A stretch of 64,000 nt of DNA from NCBI RefSeq assembly GCF_006345805.1, contig NC_042998.1:46066001-46130000 (forward strand), written 5' to 3'. Below are positions 26,807-40,589 of this stretch, piece after piece (position 1 is the first letter of the stretch; each line of letters opens with the position of its first letter). The notes under the pieces were generated by a model. The model saw only the letters and a list, made by a program, of their open reading frames with translations. It made no database searches and was not told the DNA's origin. Source of the DNA: Octopus sinensis (taxonomy: Eukaryota). A program made the position numbers and the translations under genes.

Positions 26807-27091
26807 TTATTATTATTTCATGCAGTATCAAAACGAAGCATTGATGATGTTAGGCTGAGAACTTAGAACTGTAATTGTGAAGTTGTAGGGGAAAATGGTA
26901 AATAGGGAAGCAACAGTCCACAAGTGAGAAATGTGGTAAAATTTTTTATTTCAGTTTAAGCTGTGATGAAAGGAATGGAAAGTTATTTAACTGCTTTTGA
27001 ATTAGTGTCAGTTTCAAAATTTGGTGTTAGTAAATATGTTACGAGAGATGCAGGTGTGGCTGTGTGGTTAACAAGCTTGCTTCCCAGCTGT

Positions 27092-27330
27092 GGCGGCGAG
27101 CTAGCAGAATCGTTAGCACCTTGGGCGAAATGCTTAGCGGTATTTCGTCTGCCGTTACGTTGTGAGTTCAAATTCCGCCGAGGTCGACTTTGCCTTTCAT
27201 CCTTTCGGGGTCGATAAATTAAGTACCAGTTAAGCACTGGGGTCGATATAATTGACTTAATACCTATGTCTGTCCATGTTTGTCCCCTCTATGTTCAGCC
27301 CCTTGTGGGTAATAAAGAAATAGGTATTGA
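27092..27330 (+). mobile_element. tRNA-derived SINE, family A (representative; other copies ~6840, 7030, 7290, 18660, 26130, 44340, 58970 on -; ~35700, 42733, 44570, 45095, 52600, 52810, 53385 on +)
   Basis: Recurring GGCGAGCTGGCAGAATCGTTAGC..GAGTTCAAATTCCGCCGAGGTCGACTTTGCCTTTCATCC..AAGTACCAGTT body. Coordinates of other copies are approximate. Confidence 0.88.
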
Positions 27331-27485
27331 ATTCAGTCCTGCTGTGCAGCTCTTTATGCAAGTGTCTTCTACTGTAGCCCTATGGTCAACCAAAACCTTG
27401 TGAGTGGATTTGGTAGACAGAGACTGAAAGCTGAAAGAAGCCCACTATGTATGTGTGTGTGTGTGTTTGTATGTGCCTGTATACA

Positions 27486-27518
<33 letters not shown>

Positions 27519-27815
27519 CACCGTGATCACCATGACCGACCTGGCTATCAGATGTTGCTACACATTGCTGGTCACAATGTGCTTCGCATTGTTTTAGCCT
27601 TCAAATGGCTAAGCGAGCAGGCTAACAGAAGAAAGAGTGAGAGAAAGTTGTGGCGAAAGAGTAAAGCAGGGTTCGCCACCACCCCCTGCCGGAGCCTCGT
27701 GGAGTTTTTAGGTGTTTTCGCTCAATAAACACTCACAACGCCCGCTCTGGGAATTGAAACCGCGATCCTACAACCACAAGTCTGCTGCCTTTAACCACTG
27801 GGCCATTGCACCTCC

Positions 27816-27861
<46 letters not shown>

Positions 27862-27865
<4 letters not shown>

Positions 27866-28620
27866 ATACTGGGAGGATAAGAAACGGAACGAAGCGACGA
27901 ATCGAAACGAACCCGACGCGAAAGTGCTATCAGACAATAGTGTAATAAATAAAATATATGCATACATACAAACATATATGTACGTACCTACATCTACATG
28001 TATATATACATGCATATATAAATATATATACGTGAGTACAGGACACCACAAATAGATGTAGAACTCAACGAGAAACGAAAACGGAAAAGCCATTTTTTTA
28101 CAACAGAAAAACAGACGTGGAACTGGACGAGAAACGAAAACGGGAAAAACATTTTTTTACAACAGAAAAACAGAACACAAAGTATGGGGGTTTAGTTCAC
28201 AGGTGATCTAAATGATTAGGTACACTAGGTACGTGGAGTAATGGATTACTAGGGCTCCAAGGTTGTAGCTGAGACAGTAGTTATGGAGCCATAGCAGATT
28301 TCCGATATAGCGGATATATAATTGTTAAAGAGGACAAGAAATGTTAAGGCAAGGCAAACATCTCAAGTCATATACATTATTATTATTGAAAAAAAATTCA
28401 AAGTCTTACAGCTGTTTCTGGGATATCCCAGAGTATTGGATATTCTGTCATCACAGACAAATAGGGAAAATGAGAAGGGTATAGATTAATGAAATGATGA
28501 CATAGAGAACAGGAGTAAAGGAATGAGGAGCTGTTTCTACAACATCGGAAAGTTGAACTGTGAACTTTTATGCTTTGTTTTTCTTCTCTCTCTTCATCTC
28601 CTATTATTGTGATATAAGCA
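27862..28620 (-). mobile_element. PLE-like terminal-repeat remnant
   Basis: Purine-rich + strand (pyrimidine-rich on -), abuts (TA)n at 27818-27860, carries a hammerhead-like motif at 28403-28458 and an internal ~45-bp duplication. Bounds approximate. Confidence 0.6.
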
Positions 28621-29192
28621 AGATTGTTTGTTTAGAATCTTCTCTGAAAATGTGTTGCTATGGGAAAATATCAGTTTGCCTGGAAACAGGTGGGGGTTGG
28701 CAATAGGTTGAGCAAACTGATCATAGAAAATCTGCCTCAATAATTTCTGACTGACCCATTCAAGCATGGAAAGTGAACATTAAACAATGATGGTGGTGTA
28801 TTAATTGTATTTCTACTGTTTTAGATAATTTAAAAAATTTTTCTGGTTACATGTATGTGTGTATTTTAAAATTTTTTTCTGTGATAGAGCAAAGCAATAA
28901 CTCTAAAAAATGTTTCTGAATTTCGGATACACTATGGATTTATTGATCAAAATAAAATGTCTCCTATATTTGGAGTATTTTATCTTTTACTAGTTTCGGT
29001 AATTGACTGCAGCCATGCTGACACTCTTGGCTTGAAGGGTTTAGCCAAATAAATCAATCCTAGTGCTTATTTTTAAGTTTGACATTTATTTCATTGCTGA
29101 GCTGCAAAACTATGGAGATGTAAACAAACCAATACCTGCTGTCAAGTGGTAGTAGAAATACAAAAATGCGTGTGCACACGCACGCATGCACA

Positions 29193-29194
<2 letters not shown>

Positions 29195-29291
<97 letters not shown>

Positions 29292-29300
29292 CACACACAC
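29195..29300. repeat. (CA)n microsatellite (one of many; also (ATT)n ~17955-18020, mixed trinucleotide 26650-26820, (TC)n ~38490-38533)
   Basis: Directly visible. Confidence 0.97.
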
Positions 29301-29751
29301 AGCAGGTTTCCACAGTTTCCGTCACTAAATTTTTTCACAAAGAATTAGTTGGGTAAGGTCTATAATAGAAGATATTTGCCCAAGTTGCTGTGCAATGGGA
29401 CTGAACCCAAAACCATGTGGTTGCAATACAAGCTTCTTAACCACACAGCCATGAATGTGCTAAGAATAAGTTTTTTTATTTGTTCTTTATTTTTCTTTAA
29501 TCATAGATATCTAATAAACACAACACTTCTTGATAACAGAATAGAAGTGAAAGATGAAATGTTGAAAAATTTCTAACTGTATAGGCATAACAATTGTGAT
29601 CAAGAAATTCACTTTGCAACCACATGGTTTCTAGTTCAATCCCACTCTGTAACACCTCATGTGTCTTCTGCTTTAGCCTTGAGTTGTCCATTGTCTTGTA
29701 AGTGGAATCTGGTTGGAAGGAACTGTGCTGAATCATACTGTATATACATAA

Positions 29752-29811
<60 letters not shown>

Positions 29812-31430
29812 GTATGTGGATACATGTACATATATATATATATATATATAGTGTAGGGGTTGTGGTTGAGAAATTTGCTTCCCTATCATGTAGTTTCAGG
29901 TTCAGTTCTGCTGCATGGTACCTAGGGCCAACTAAATCCTTGTGAGTGGATTTGGTAAAAACTGAAAGAATATATGTGTGTGTGTGTGTGTGTATGGCTT
30001 TTACTCTCTTCGTCTTGACATCACATGATAGTCACTCACAGAAAAGCTGTGTCAGTTATTTTCCAATTTTCTGTGCAAACATGTCTAGACATGGGAGAAT
30101 ATTACCATGTATGGAAATAAGTGAGGGTTAGCAACAAAACAGGTATCAAACTGGACCCAGTGAATTCCGTCTGATGTAGGCAAGCATGGAAACGATGATG
30201 TTAAAAACGATGATGATATTGTTTTCTCTCCTTCTATCTCTTTCTTGTATCCTATTTCGGTTTTACACACACACACATATACACATGTTCAGGTGGAGGC
30301 ACATGGCCTAGTGGTTAGAGCAGCAAACTCGCGGTCGAGGGATCGCGGGTTCGAATCTCAGACTGGACGATGTGTGTGTTTATGAGCGAAACACCTAAGC
30401 TCCACGTGGCTCTGGCAGAAGGTAATGGTGAAACTTCTGACTCTTTTGCCACAACTTTCTCTCACTCTTTCCTCCTGTATCTTGCAGCTCACCTGCGATG
30501 GACCGGTGTCCCGTCCAGGTGGGGAACCTATACACCAAGAAACCGGGAAACCGGCCCTTATGAGCCAGGCATGGCTCGAGAAGGAACAAACAAACAACAA
30601 CATACACATGTTCAGGTGCATTTATGTTTACCTGCGTAAACTGATATGTTGTGCCCCTTTATGTCACATTCAACAGAGTTTGATTAAATCAACACAGTGA
30701 TTGATAATATCAACTGCAAATTCTTGAAGGCAGTGCCCCAGTATGACCCCATTCCAATAACCAAAACCAATAACAGAATTAAAGAAACTTATTTTTGTTC
30801 TCAGACATTTTAAAGCCTTTACTAGTTATTTATATTTTCCTTTAGCAACAGCAGTGGTAGACATTTTCAGCCAGCAATTAATCAATAATTTTCAATAATT
30901 ACTTCAACTTGTGATCCATTAAACTATGATTTATGTTTCAATAATCCTTTCTTTTATTAGTTTATCTCTCGTTTATTTAATAACTTCTCTGTAATGATTC
31001 CTATCTGAATTTTTTTATTAAAATCTTTACATATTCTGTGTCTCATTCTTCAAATATGTTTGTGTTATCTAGTAAGAAAGATTGAAAGTATTTCTTTCTT
31101 TTAAGTTTTCCTAATCATAAAATACAAAAAACTTAATTAAAAAACAAAACCACTAAGTATTACAATAAATGTGAACTGCTTTGAAATGGTGATATTCCAA
31201 TAGCTAAAATATACCCAATAGTAAACTGACTGTCTTCCATAACTCCATAAAGCTGTGTTGGTCATTTACATCATTTACAACAAAAATAATTTCTTTAAAA
31301 TCATCTTAAGCTTAATGTTATTTTTGAAATAAAAAAAAAATGTTTAAGCTCCTAATTTCCATTACCCAAATGTAGGTTAAGACAATAACTGATTGTAAGC
31401 ATTGATTAAGTATCAAGGATCAGTTTATCT

Positions 31431-32103
31431 CATGGGTGTAGGTTTAGTACCTGGGTTATTGATTTACAAGAGTATTCCTGGCATGGGCTTTGGAATGAAA
31501 AATATATATCCCTATGGTTTTGAATAAAGAGGGTTTGCTCTGAAATTTCAAGAATGCTACTTAATATGACAGGTCTTGTTGAAGAAGGCCAGAAAGTACA
31601 ATGGCTGAAACATTGTGACTCTGACAACTGAGATTTAGACCAGGCATGGACAACTGTTTTCAAGAAGCAGGTTGTATGAGACATGGCTCATCATTAGGTA
31701 GGCCACATTACGGAAAAAATTCAAGGTAATTTTTTAAATTAAGCATGCCATTGAGAAAATTCCATGAGTGTAGGTTTAGTACCTGGGTTATTGACTTACA
31801 AGAGTATTCCTGGCATGGGCTTTGGAATGAAAACTATGTATCTCCATGGTTTTGAATAAAGAGGGTTTGCTCTGAAATTTCAAGGATGTTATTTAATATG
31901 ACAGGCCTTGTTGAAGAAGGCCAGAAAAAGTACAATGGCTGAAACATTGTGACTCTGACAACTGAGATTTAGACCAGGCATGGACAACTGTTTTCAAGAA
32001 GCAGGTTGTATGAGACATGGCTCATCATTAGGTAGGCCACTTTACGCAAAAAATTCAAGGTAATTTTTTAAATTAAGCACGCCATTGAGAAAATCCCATG
32101 AGT
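31431..32103 (+). mobile_element. Two tandem ~333-bp PLE terminal repeats
   Basis: Units start at 31431 and 31763. Each has a decayed GIY-YIG C-terminus (MKTMY.HG[LN]KE after one frameshift) and a decayed hammerhead motif. Confidence 0.7.
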
Positions 32104-32312
32104 TGCAGGTTGCTGTGACTGATTTAGACACAAGTCTGAATATATTAGTTTATAATTAAGGTTATTCTACAAATCTGAAATTCAGTCAGCATTCACTGCA
32201 TTCGATAGGGAGGACAGAAAGAAGCAACATGTAAATCCATTAAACAATCCATCGAAGAATATGAGTTTATTGACTAGTTCCAATTGCTACGTACAAACAT
32301 CATATTATAAAC

Positions 32313-32597
32313 CAGTAGTTCTCAAACTTTTCAGGTTGCTTCCCTCTTGGCACCCAGACCACATTCCTTTCAGCCCCACCCTCACAACCACAAACACAGA
32401 CCACTTTCTGGAGCAAATTTGAAACAACTGTATTTCACAAATAAAACTTAACTTAATTAACCCATTATTTTGGGGGGTTTTTTTTACAACATTCATTGCT
32501 TCCTTTTGGCCACCCCATTATTGCTCCACATTTTTTCCAATATCCCCCGCTTTCCCCAATCTCAAGAGGGCAGTGCCACCCACTTTGGGAACCACTG
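32313..32597. mobile_element. hAT-like MITE
   Basis: TIRs CAGTAGTTCTCAAAC / TTTGGGAACCACTG; degenerate 8-bp flanks TTATAAAC / CTCTAAGC. Confidence 0.7.
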
Positions 32598-32924
32598 CTC
32601 TAAGCCATCCAAAATAGTAACATTCCAAATCAGTATAAGTTGTACATGAAGCAATAACATTGCATACATAATAAAATGGACTTAAGGGCAGGCAATATTG
32701 TGTGGTCAACAAATTTGCTTCAGAACCATATGGTTTAGGTTCAATCTCATTTCACAACACTTGCTATAGCCCAGAGCTGACCAAGCCTTATAAGGGAATT
32801 TGATTGGCAGAAACTCTGCAGGAGCTTGTCATTTATGCGTGTGTGTATGTGTTTGTGTCTGTATTTTATGAGGGTGAGTCAGAAAGTAATGCATCTTTTA
32901 TCTGCATTAATTTTTAACACACAC

Positions 32925-33422
32925 TTATCTCCTCAAAGACATACAGCATCTCGAAAGAGTCCAGAAGCTGGCTACCCGCATGGTTCATGGTCTCAAAAAT
33001 TTGTCCTACGAAGAAAGGCTGAGGACGCTCGACCTTTATTCTCTTGAAAAACGCCGCCGCCGTAGTGATCTCATTCTTGCCCACAACATCATAAGCGGAA
33101 AGTGTAACCTCTCGAAAGAGCTGTTCTTCACTCCTGCTCCAGAGCGTCGGCTGCGGGGTCATTCCGAAAAGCTCTACCTGCGACGATTTCATCTCAATTG
33201 AAGGAGAGGAGCTTTCTCCGTCCGGGTTGCGGATCCGTGGAACAAGCTGCCAGACGAGATGGTGAAGATGCCGACGACCGCTTTGTTCAAAGCCTCCCTG
33301 GACCTCAAGTGGCCTGAACTCTTTACATGAACACCACCCTGTACTTAACTCCATGTCCCCCTACATGGCCTTGCTATTTGCTTTTGAGCCAAATTAACTA
33401 ACTAACTAACTAACTAACTAAC
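32925..33422 (+). mobile_element. CR1-like LINE 3' fragment with (CTAA)n tail
   Basis: IQHLERVQKLATRMVHGLKNLSYEERLRTLDLYSLEKRRRRSDLI..LRGHSEKL..F.VRVADPWNKLP, typical of the CR1 ORF2 C-terminus; one in-frame stop. Confidence 0.9.
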
Positions 33423-34799
33423 ATACAAAGTTGAGTCAAAAAATAATGCAAATAAAAATTGTTACTTTTGATACTTTTGATCCATGGTGCATCTAGATAC
33501 CCCTTGCAGTGTACTGTTTGAGAATGACTACTTCACACTGACAATGAACAACAAATGGTGACTGACACTACAAGAGCAAACGGCCTTACCACATCAGAAA
33601 TATCAATAGAGCAACTAAAAGAAAACCTACAGGCAATAAATTCATAAATGCTATAAAATTCCCTCATATACTTTCCACACAACAAAATAGTCAATATTTT
33701 CCTGTCAGACATTAGCACAAATGGAACAAACATTATTCAAGTACATTCAAATTACACTGTCACAACCCACTATGTAGTCTATCAACCTGCTAGAAATAGC
33801 AGCTGAATTTTCCTCGAACCATATCTTTCCAGTTTAAAGATGGATGGCCAATGAAATCCGAGATATACAAAAAGATGTAATAGCCATGATTGGATCATCA
33901 TTGATTAGGACTGACATTTGGCCAAATAACCACAGTGCCATGTATTTCAAACTCATGCATTCCACACTTTAACTTTGTGTAGGTCCGTATGCACAACACT
34001 GTGCATGTCTTTTATTGCACACAAATACCTACACAGCTTGATATACATTTTCTATGAGTCAGCCTCATGAGGCCAGCCCAGTTTATCAACAGCTGGAACT
34101 AGGCCCAGTGAGGGAGTATAGAGGAAGCTCTCACAGTCTTGTACCTTCAGAGGAGCCAGCAGCATCAACAACAGACCCTGCAACACTCATCATCATTATC
34201 ACTGCACGCAGTACCACAGACATCATCTTTGTTGTTCCTGCAGCCACCACCACCACCATCATCATCATGATCATTATTATTTCCTTACTTTGTCTCTATT
34301 TAGATGAATTAAGTCTACAAATTAAATTCTCTGTGTGTTTCCGTCTTGCTTCACCAAAAATGTGAAGCCCAATATTCTAAGTATTTTCTTTCTTTAAGAA
34401 TAACTATCCTTGTTTTTTCTTTTGGTCACTATCACACCTTACTTTGACATACCTTACTATTTTTTGGCAACACAACCAATTTGCTGTCTTGCTTACATCA
34501 TCATCATCATTGTCATTATTGTGATCACCGTTGCTGTCATAGTTGTCATCATCATCATCATCATCATTATTATCAATTTCATGTCCATGTTCCATGCTGG
34601 CATGAATTGGATGTGTTTGAAAGGCTCTGATAGATCCAAGGATAGCATCATGCTTCAGTGTCTGCTTTGGGATGGTTTCTACAGCTGGTTACCCTTCCTA
34701 ATGCCAACCACTTTGTATGTACTAGGTGCATTTACAGTTTACTTATAAAATAATATGATAAAAATGCCATTTCTAAAACCTGTGTGAGATCATCTAAGA

Positions 34800-35146
34800 C
34801 AGTGGTTCTCAACTGGAGTCCATATGGCCCCTCAAGATCCATATAAGATTTTGGGGGATCCATGCAACAAAATAGTAAATTGGCAATCCACAAAAGTATT
34901 TTAAAGGCCCTTGAAAAAACTTTGCTTTAGATGTCTGTATTAGTATGTATTTCAAAAAACAGCTAAGTTTCTTTCTCTAACGTTTTACATTGTTCAATCT
35001 ACACAAGTGAATGCGTGATGAACAAAAAGTAATTTTGAAAGAAGTATCTATAAAATTAGTTTTTAGACATTGAATGGTTATGGGCGTCCACCAGAATAAA
35101 TAATAATCAAAAAGGTCTGTAGGCAAAAAATGGTTGAGAACTCCTA
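34800..35146. mobile_element. hAT-like MITE
   Basis: CAGTGGTTCTCAAC / GTTGAGAACTCCTA imperfect TIRs; no TSD retained. Confidence 0.6.
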
Positions 35147-35908
35147 TCATTTGGAAAATAATTGAATATAACTGTGAAAATCTCTTATCTTTATTTTTAT
35201 ATCTTTTTTTGTAATTATTTTAAAACTGATTAGTTTACGCTGAGTATAAGTTGGAAGATTCAGTTTAATTGAAATATTTTAATGAATTATTTTCTGTAAA
35301 GCTTGCTTCATTTAACCATTCTGTTTTAACTACTTGGTCATGAAGTGATAGTCATATGAATTTTTTGGTCATATGAATTTTTTAAGCTTCATTAGTCATA
35401 AATGGATACTTACTATACAATAACAATGGTAGGATTTAACAGTTTTACAATAACAGTTTTCAAGTTGGTAGTTTAGTCTCAAAACTTTTCTGAAAATAGG
35501 AAAAAGAGATCAAATTGATTGTAGGTCTTATTTATATTCCTTTATAGCATTTTTCTCATATATTCACTTCATACCTTGATGGTATGCCCTCACCATCCTT
35601 CTCTCTTCCTCTTTCTTTCCAGCTGAGGAAACCGTGTATTCACCTCTTTAGCAAGACACCTGTTCTTGTTCATGTCTGTCTATCCTACTTTCACATCATT
35701 CAATATTATACCCCAGCTTTAAGGTGGTGAACTGACAAAATTGCTAACATGCTGGGTAAAATTCTGAGAGGAATTTCATCTGAGTTCAAATTCCGCCGAG
35801 GTTGACTTTGCCTTTCATCTCTTTAAAATAAGTACCAGTAGAGCACTGGGTTGATGTAATCAACTTACCCCTCCCCCTTGTGCCAAAATTTGAAACCATT
35901 ATTATATC

Positions 35909-36283
35909 CAGGGACGTGCCGCCTGGGTGGGCAAAGGTAGGCAGTGCCTACCTTGAATAAAATAGATCAATAGCAACATTTTCTTTTTATGGCAAAATAT
36001 GCACTTAATTCAATAAAATTATGAAAGTTACTCTGATTTCTATGCATAAAATGCAAAATATTTTATTTTTTTGTAGGTTAAGTAGGCATAAATTGCCCTG
36101 CCTTTCAATCTTTGTATTTAAGCTATGCATAGTAATGCTGTATACACTCCTACATTTTCTTCACAGGCTATAAAGGCAGAAGTAAATCTGCTTTCAACAC
36201 AGTTGCATGCCTGTATTTCGCTTATTTTTATTGTTTCATTACTATATACCATTACCTGAGTAATTAAAGACGGCACGTGCCTG
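35909..36283. mobile_element. hAT-like MITE with perfect 8-bp TSD
   Basis: TIR CAGGGACGTGCCG / CGGCACGTGCCTG (12/13); TSD ATTATATC at 35901-35908 and 36284-36291. Confidence 0.85.
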
Positions 36284-36964
36284 ATTATATCCTAGCTCAC
36301 TTGAGGGGTTTCTTATCTTGTGAGTACTTGGCAACCTCACTAGTGCTGGTGCTATAAAAAAAAAAAGCACCCAGTTCATTGTAAAATGGTTGGCATTAGG
36401 AGGGATATCCAGCTACAGAAACCATGGTGAAGCAGAAAATTGGTGTTTGGTGTAATCCTTTGGCTTGTCAGTTCGTGTCAAACCACTCAACACATGCCAG
36501 TATGGATAAAGGGACATTATATGCTAATGATGACGATCTCTATTTTTTCTCATTTATTTTATCTGTCTTTATACTCATCAATAGTATCTGTCTCTATTTA
36601 TACTCATTTACAGAATCTGTTTCTGTACTCATTTTTGTAGCATCTATTCTATTTATATTCATAACATCTATCTTTATTTATACTCATTTATTGCATCATA
36701 TTCTTATATATAATTTATAGCATCTGTCTATTTATACTGAGATGCGTTTCACCATGTCGTGCCAAGAATCTCTGTCTCCTATTAGCTTTAGTAAGTCCTC
36801 AATTTCAAATTGTGGTGTCTTTGCCAATAACATCAATGTAATAAATTTGGTCTTTGTATTCTGTTAGAGTGCAGAAGTTGCCAAAATATAACATCTGTTC
36901 AGCATGATAGCTGAGGCAAGTAAGCCTACCTTGCACTGAGCAACAATACTCTATACACTTGGGG

Positions 36965-36997
<33 letters not shown>

Positions 36998-38487
36998 TAT
37001 GTGTGGGTTGTATGCATGTATTTATGTGTATGTCTGTGATTATATGTTTTGGTTATATGTGTGTGTGTGTGTGTATACGCCAAATCTTGACTATTTGCCT
37101 TTTGACCCTCTGATTTTTCTATTGTGTCATGAACTACCTACGTGCTTTTATATATTTACATACCCAATATACATGTGGTGTGAGTGGGAGAATGGAGGAT
37201 TGGGTTGAGTGTCTGCATGTATACAAGTGTAAATGTTTGTGTGTGTGTGAGGGGATCTCTACACTTTTTGTTACTTCTACCCTACTCAGGTGCTAATTGA
37301 ATTACAATACTTAAAACACTGTGCCCAAATTGATGAAGCTAGATGAGGTTGAAGTGGGGTGTTCTGGTCATCTTAGAGTTCTAGCATTCCACTTTTCCAC
37401 AAGCACTATGCATCCAATACTCTTTAAAAAAGTTAAGGATCTTATTGTCCTGGCTGAGCAAAACATTGAACTGCATTTTGTGGTGAGGTCCCAGGAGTTT
37501 GGGAGTATTGAGTTACCCCTTAGTCACACTATTCGCAGGTTTTCTCAAGCTTATGGTGGTAGTATCTGTTGAAGGCTCCAGTTATGGATCAAATAGCAGA
37601 AGATGGTTTGATGGCTAAGGCAGATGGAGTTCAAAGAAGAGCTAGACTTTAGATATGTGTCACACAAAGCCACTGATATGTGGGCTTACCCTGATGCTAC
37701 ATGTATCAGCCACTCTGTTTAAAGGTTAATCAGGCCCTGTCTAACCTTTAGAGAGCAGGAGACAAGCAGAGTAAACTGGAAATAATCCAGCAAACAACAT
37801 TGGGAACCCATTGCTGTATCTTTTGTAAGAAAACTTGTGAATTAAAAGCAGTGCTCTAGCATGGCCGCAGTCAAATGACTGAAACAAATAAAAGAATAAT
37901 CTTCAGATTTTTGTATGAAGGTTCATGATTGCCAACTCCTGGAAGTATGGAACAGAAAGAGAGAGAGAGAGGATTTTATATAAACTACTTTATCATAACA
38001 ATCACACATGATAATACTTTTAATGCATATACAACTTCAAATTTGGAACATAGTCATAGGTATTGAACTAACACACCATTGGCATTGTACTATATTTCCC
38101 TGCCCCCTCAGTCTCCCATTAAATAAGCACATCATAACAGGCATTTATGGACCTTACATTATTGAATCATTTAGCTTAGAATATACTCATGCTCACACTA
38201 TCTCTTCCTAATGCACCCTGTACCTAGTCATTTTTCTTTACTCTTTCATCTTCCTAATCCTTGTTCCATCCTGCGGGTTTTTTCTTTTTGTCTTTCTTAC
38301 CCCCTTCCCCCACTTCATACTACTTTCTTTTTGTCTGTTTTCATTTTCCTTTTAATGTTGTTATTGGTTGTTACTTGCAAACTTATCTTCTTTAATTGGT
38401 GTGAGTTCTCTGATGAAATATTGATGCAAATATGCTTGTTGTACATGTGTAGCGTGGAAAGGACCACATGGAACTGTGGTAGACACA

Positions 38488-38537
<50 letters not shown>

Positions 38538-39396
38538 CACACACAGCTGGCCAATTGGTAGCATCATTAGCACATTTGATAGACTACTGTAGTTATTTCA
38601 GCTCTCTTATGCTTTGAGTTCAAATCTCAATGAGGTAAACTTTACCTTTTATTGTTTCTGGATCAGTAAATAACAACAGTCCTATACAGGAGTCACTCTT
38701 TTTTACTTCATATTTCTTTCTTTCTCTTTTCTTTTTTTTTGAAGAAATTGGTTGTGGTTAGACTTGGAGACGAATGGGCTCTGCAAAGTCTGAAGTGTCC
38801 CAAAACACACCACACCTTTAACTTAATCAAGCAGTTCAGGGCTGAATGCAAGACAAGGCATAGTGCTCTATATTGACATTGTAATGTTTTGGATAATTTA
38901 CTATTATATTTATGGAAGCTAAAAAATGTAAGCATATACATGAAAATCTTACAGAGACAGGATGTCTGTAGTAGTATCTGCAGGGGTAAAATCGGTATAT
39001 GACATGCCTGCATGATTGTGTGTATATATATATATATATATATATGACTATGTATATGAACAGCTGTACACTGGGTGGTGTGTCTGCCATACTGGAACAA
39101 GTTTGACCCAGATACCATATAAATTTCTTTTCAGATTCTTTGATGTATGCAGGTGACTGATGTTATTTTTATTGTTGTTATTTTATCATTACAGCTACAT
39201 TAACTCAAGACATTCCTATCTTCCCTTTTCCTCTCAACTGTATATGTGTGTGTGTGCATATGGATTTGTCTGCATATGTGTGTCTGGGAGTGACCACAAA
39301 TGCCTTCACCTCTTCTTGTATCTTTCCTTAACATCAGCCTATTATCTCACTGTCTGTCACCCTCTATTCTGTTAGCCAAGCTTTCTTATTCATAAT

Positions 39397-40580
39397 ATAC
39401 AGGGTGTTTGGGCTAACTTTTTTCAGGAATAGCTTGAGGTATTGGGGAACAGTCAACAGTTTTGAGAGCATAAAGATTACCATTGCAGTTGAGAAAAAGT
39501 TAGCTCACATGGTGGACTGGAAGCCATCTGAATATTGGAAAAAGTTTACCTGTATCATGATGATTCACACCAGGTATCAAAATGCCAACATCATGGCTGC
39601 TCCTCAGTGTTCTGTGAACTAAGTAAAGTCTGTAAGACATGCCATAGACAGCAAGAAGAAACACAGCAGGCATTCTGGCTGCATCTGCATGCTGGAATTC
39701 ACCCCCCAAACTGCAGGACAAGGTGATGGAAGATCTGAGCAAGGGAATCCAAGCTTTGGTGAGACAGATGGGTGTTGGAGTTGCCACTGTTAAGCTGGCT
39801 CTTAGCTACCACTTGTACAAGAGGCGCGAGGGACAAATTCTGACAGCTGAAGTCAAGGAGAACTGCTTGATGAAGACAAAGAAAGCCCTGAACAAGTTGA
39901 GGTCTCTTGTTGAGCTGGAGATGATCTGGTTCTTCTAAGATAACAAAAAGTGGCTTGACTATAATCCGTGTGATGTCCCACATATCATGAAAGCCAAGTT
40001 CCCTTAAGCTGTGACGATCTTTGAGTGTTTCTCCAGTGAGGGCGATGTCATGCCATCCCACATCCCTGTACCTTAGGTTCAATTCAGACAGCTATGCAGA
40101 GCTGATGGAGACTATGGTTCAACCCTGTTTGGAGAGGGTTGTTGTTGGAAGACCATATGTGTGACAACAGGATTTGGCTCCTTACCATATCTCTGGAAAT
40201 AGTCAGAAGTGGTTCTTGGAGAATTTCTACATCAACAGCTCTCTTTCTGGACTCCTAATTCCCTCAGTTGTAATCTCATGTATTACTATGTGTGGGATGT
40301 TGTTGAAAAAGACTGAAACCACTCTGTCTGCAACACCAAGGCTGAGCTGGGGCCCTGATGAAGGAGGGATTGGAAGGTCTTCCCAAGGACAGAGTGAGGA
40401 ATGCACATGCAAGGTTCCAGAGATGTCTTGCGGCCATTGTGGTAGCTAAGGGCTGAAAAAACAGTTATCTCCCAGCCTTAATCTAGTTGATATTTTTTTT
40501 ACTTTTTAAAAATACTTTTAATTTTGGATAGAATATTGTGTTTTCTTTTCCTTTTATGCAAACTGTCAAATTTAGCCTAT
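39397..40580 (+). mobile_element. Heavily decayed Tc1/mariner element related to 2050-3360
   Basis: Starts TA-CAGGGTG. Remnants EMIWFF*D, SSEGDVMP and TPNSLSCNLMYYYVWDVVE align with the transposase of the first element. Confidence 0.7.
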
Positions 40581-40589
40581 ATATATAAC

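Noticed and set aside
34054-34365. 103-aa ORF with Gln/Pro/His-rich alternative frames
   Set aside because: Largely trinucleotide low-complexity sequence; no usable donor or domain.
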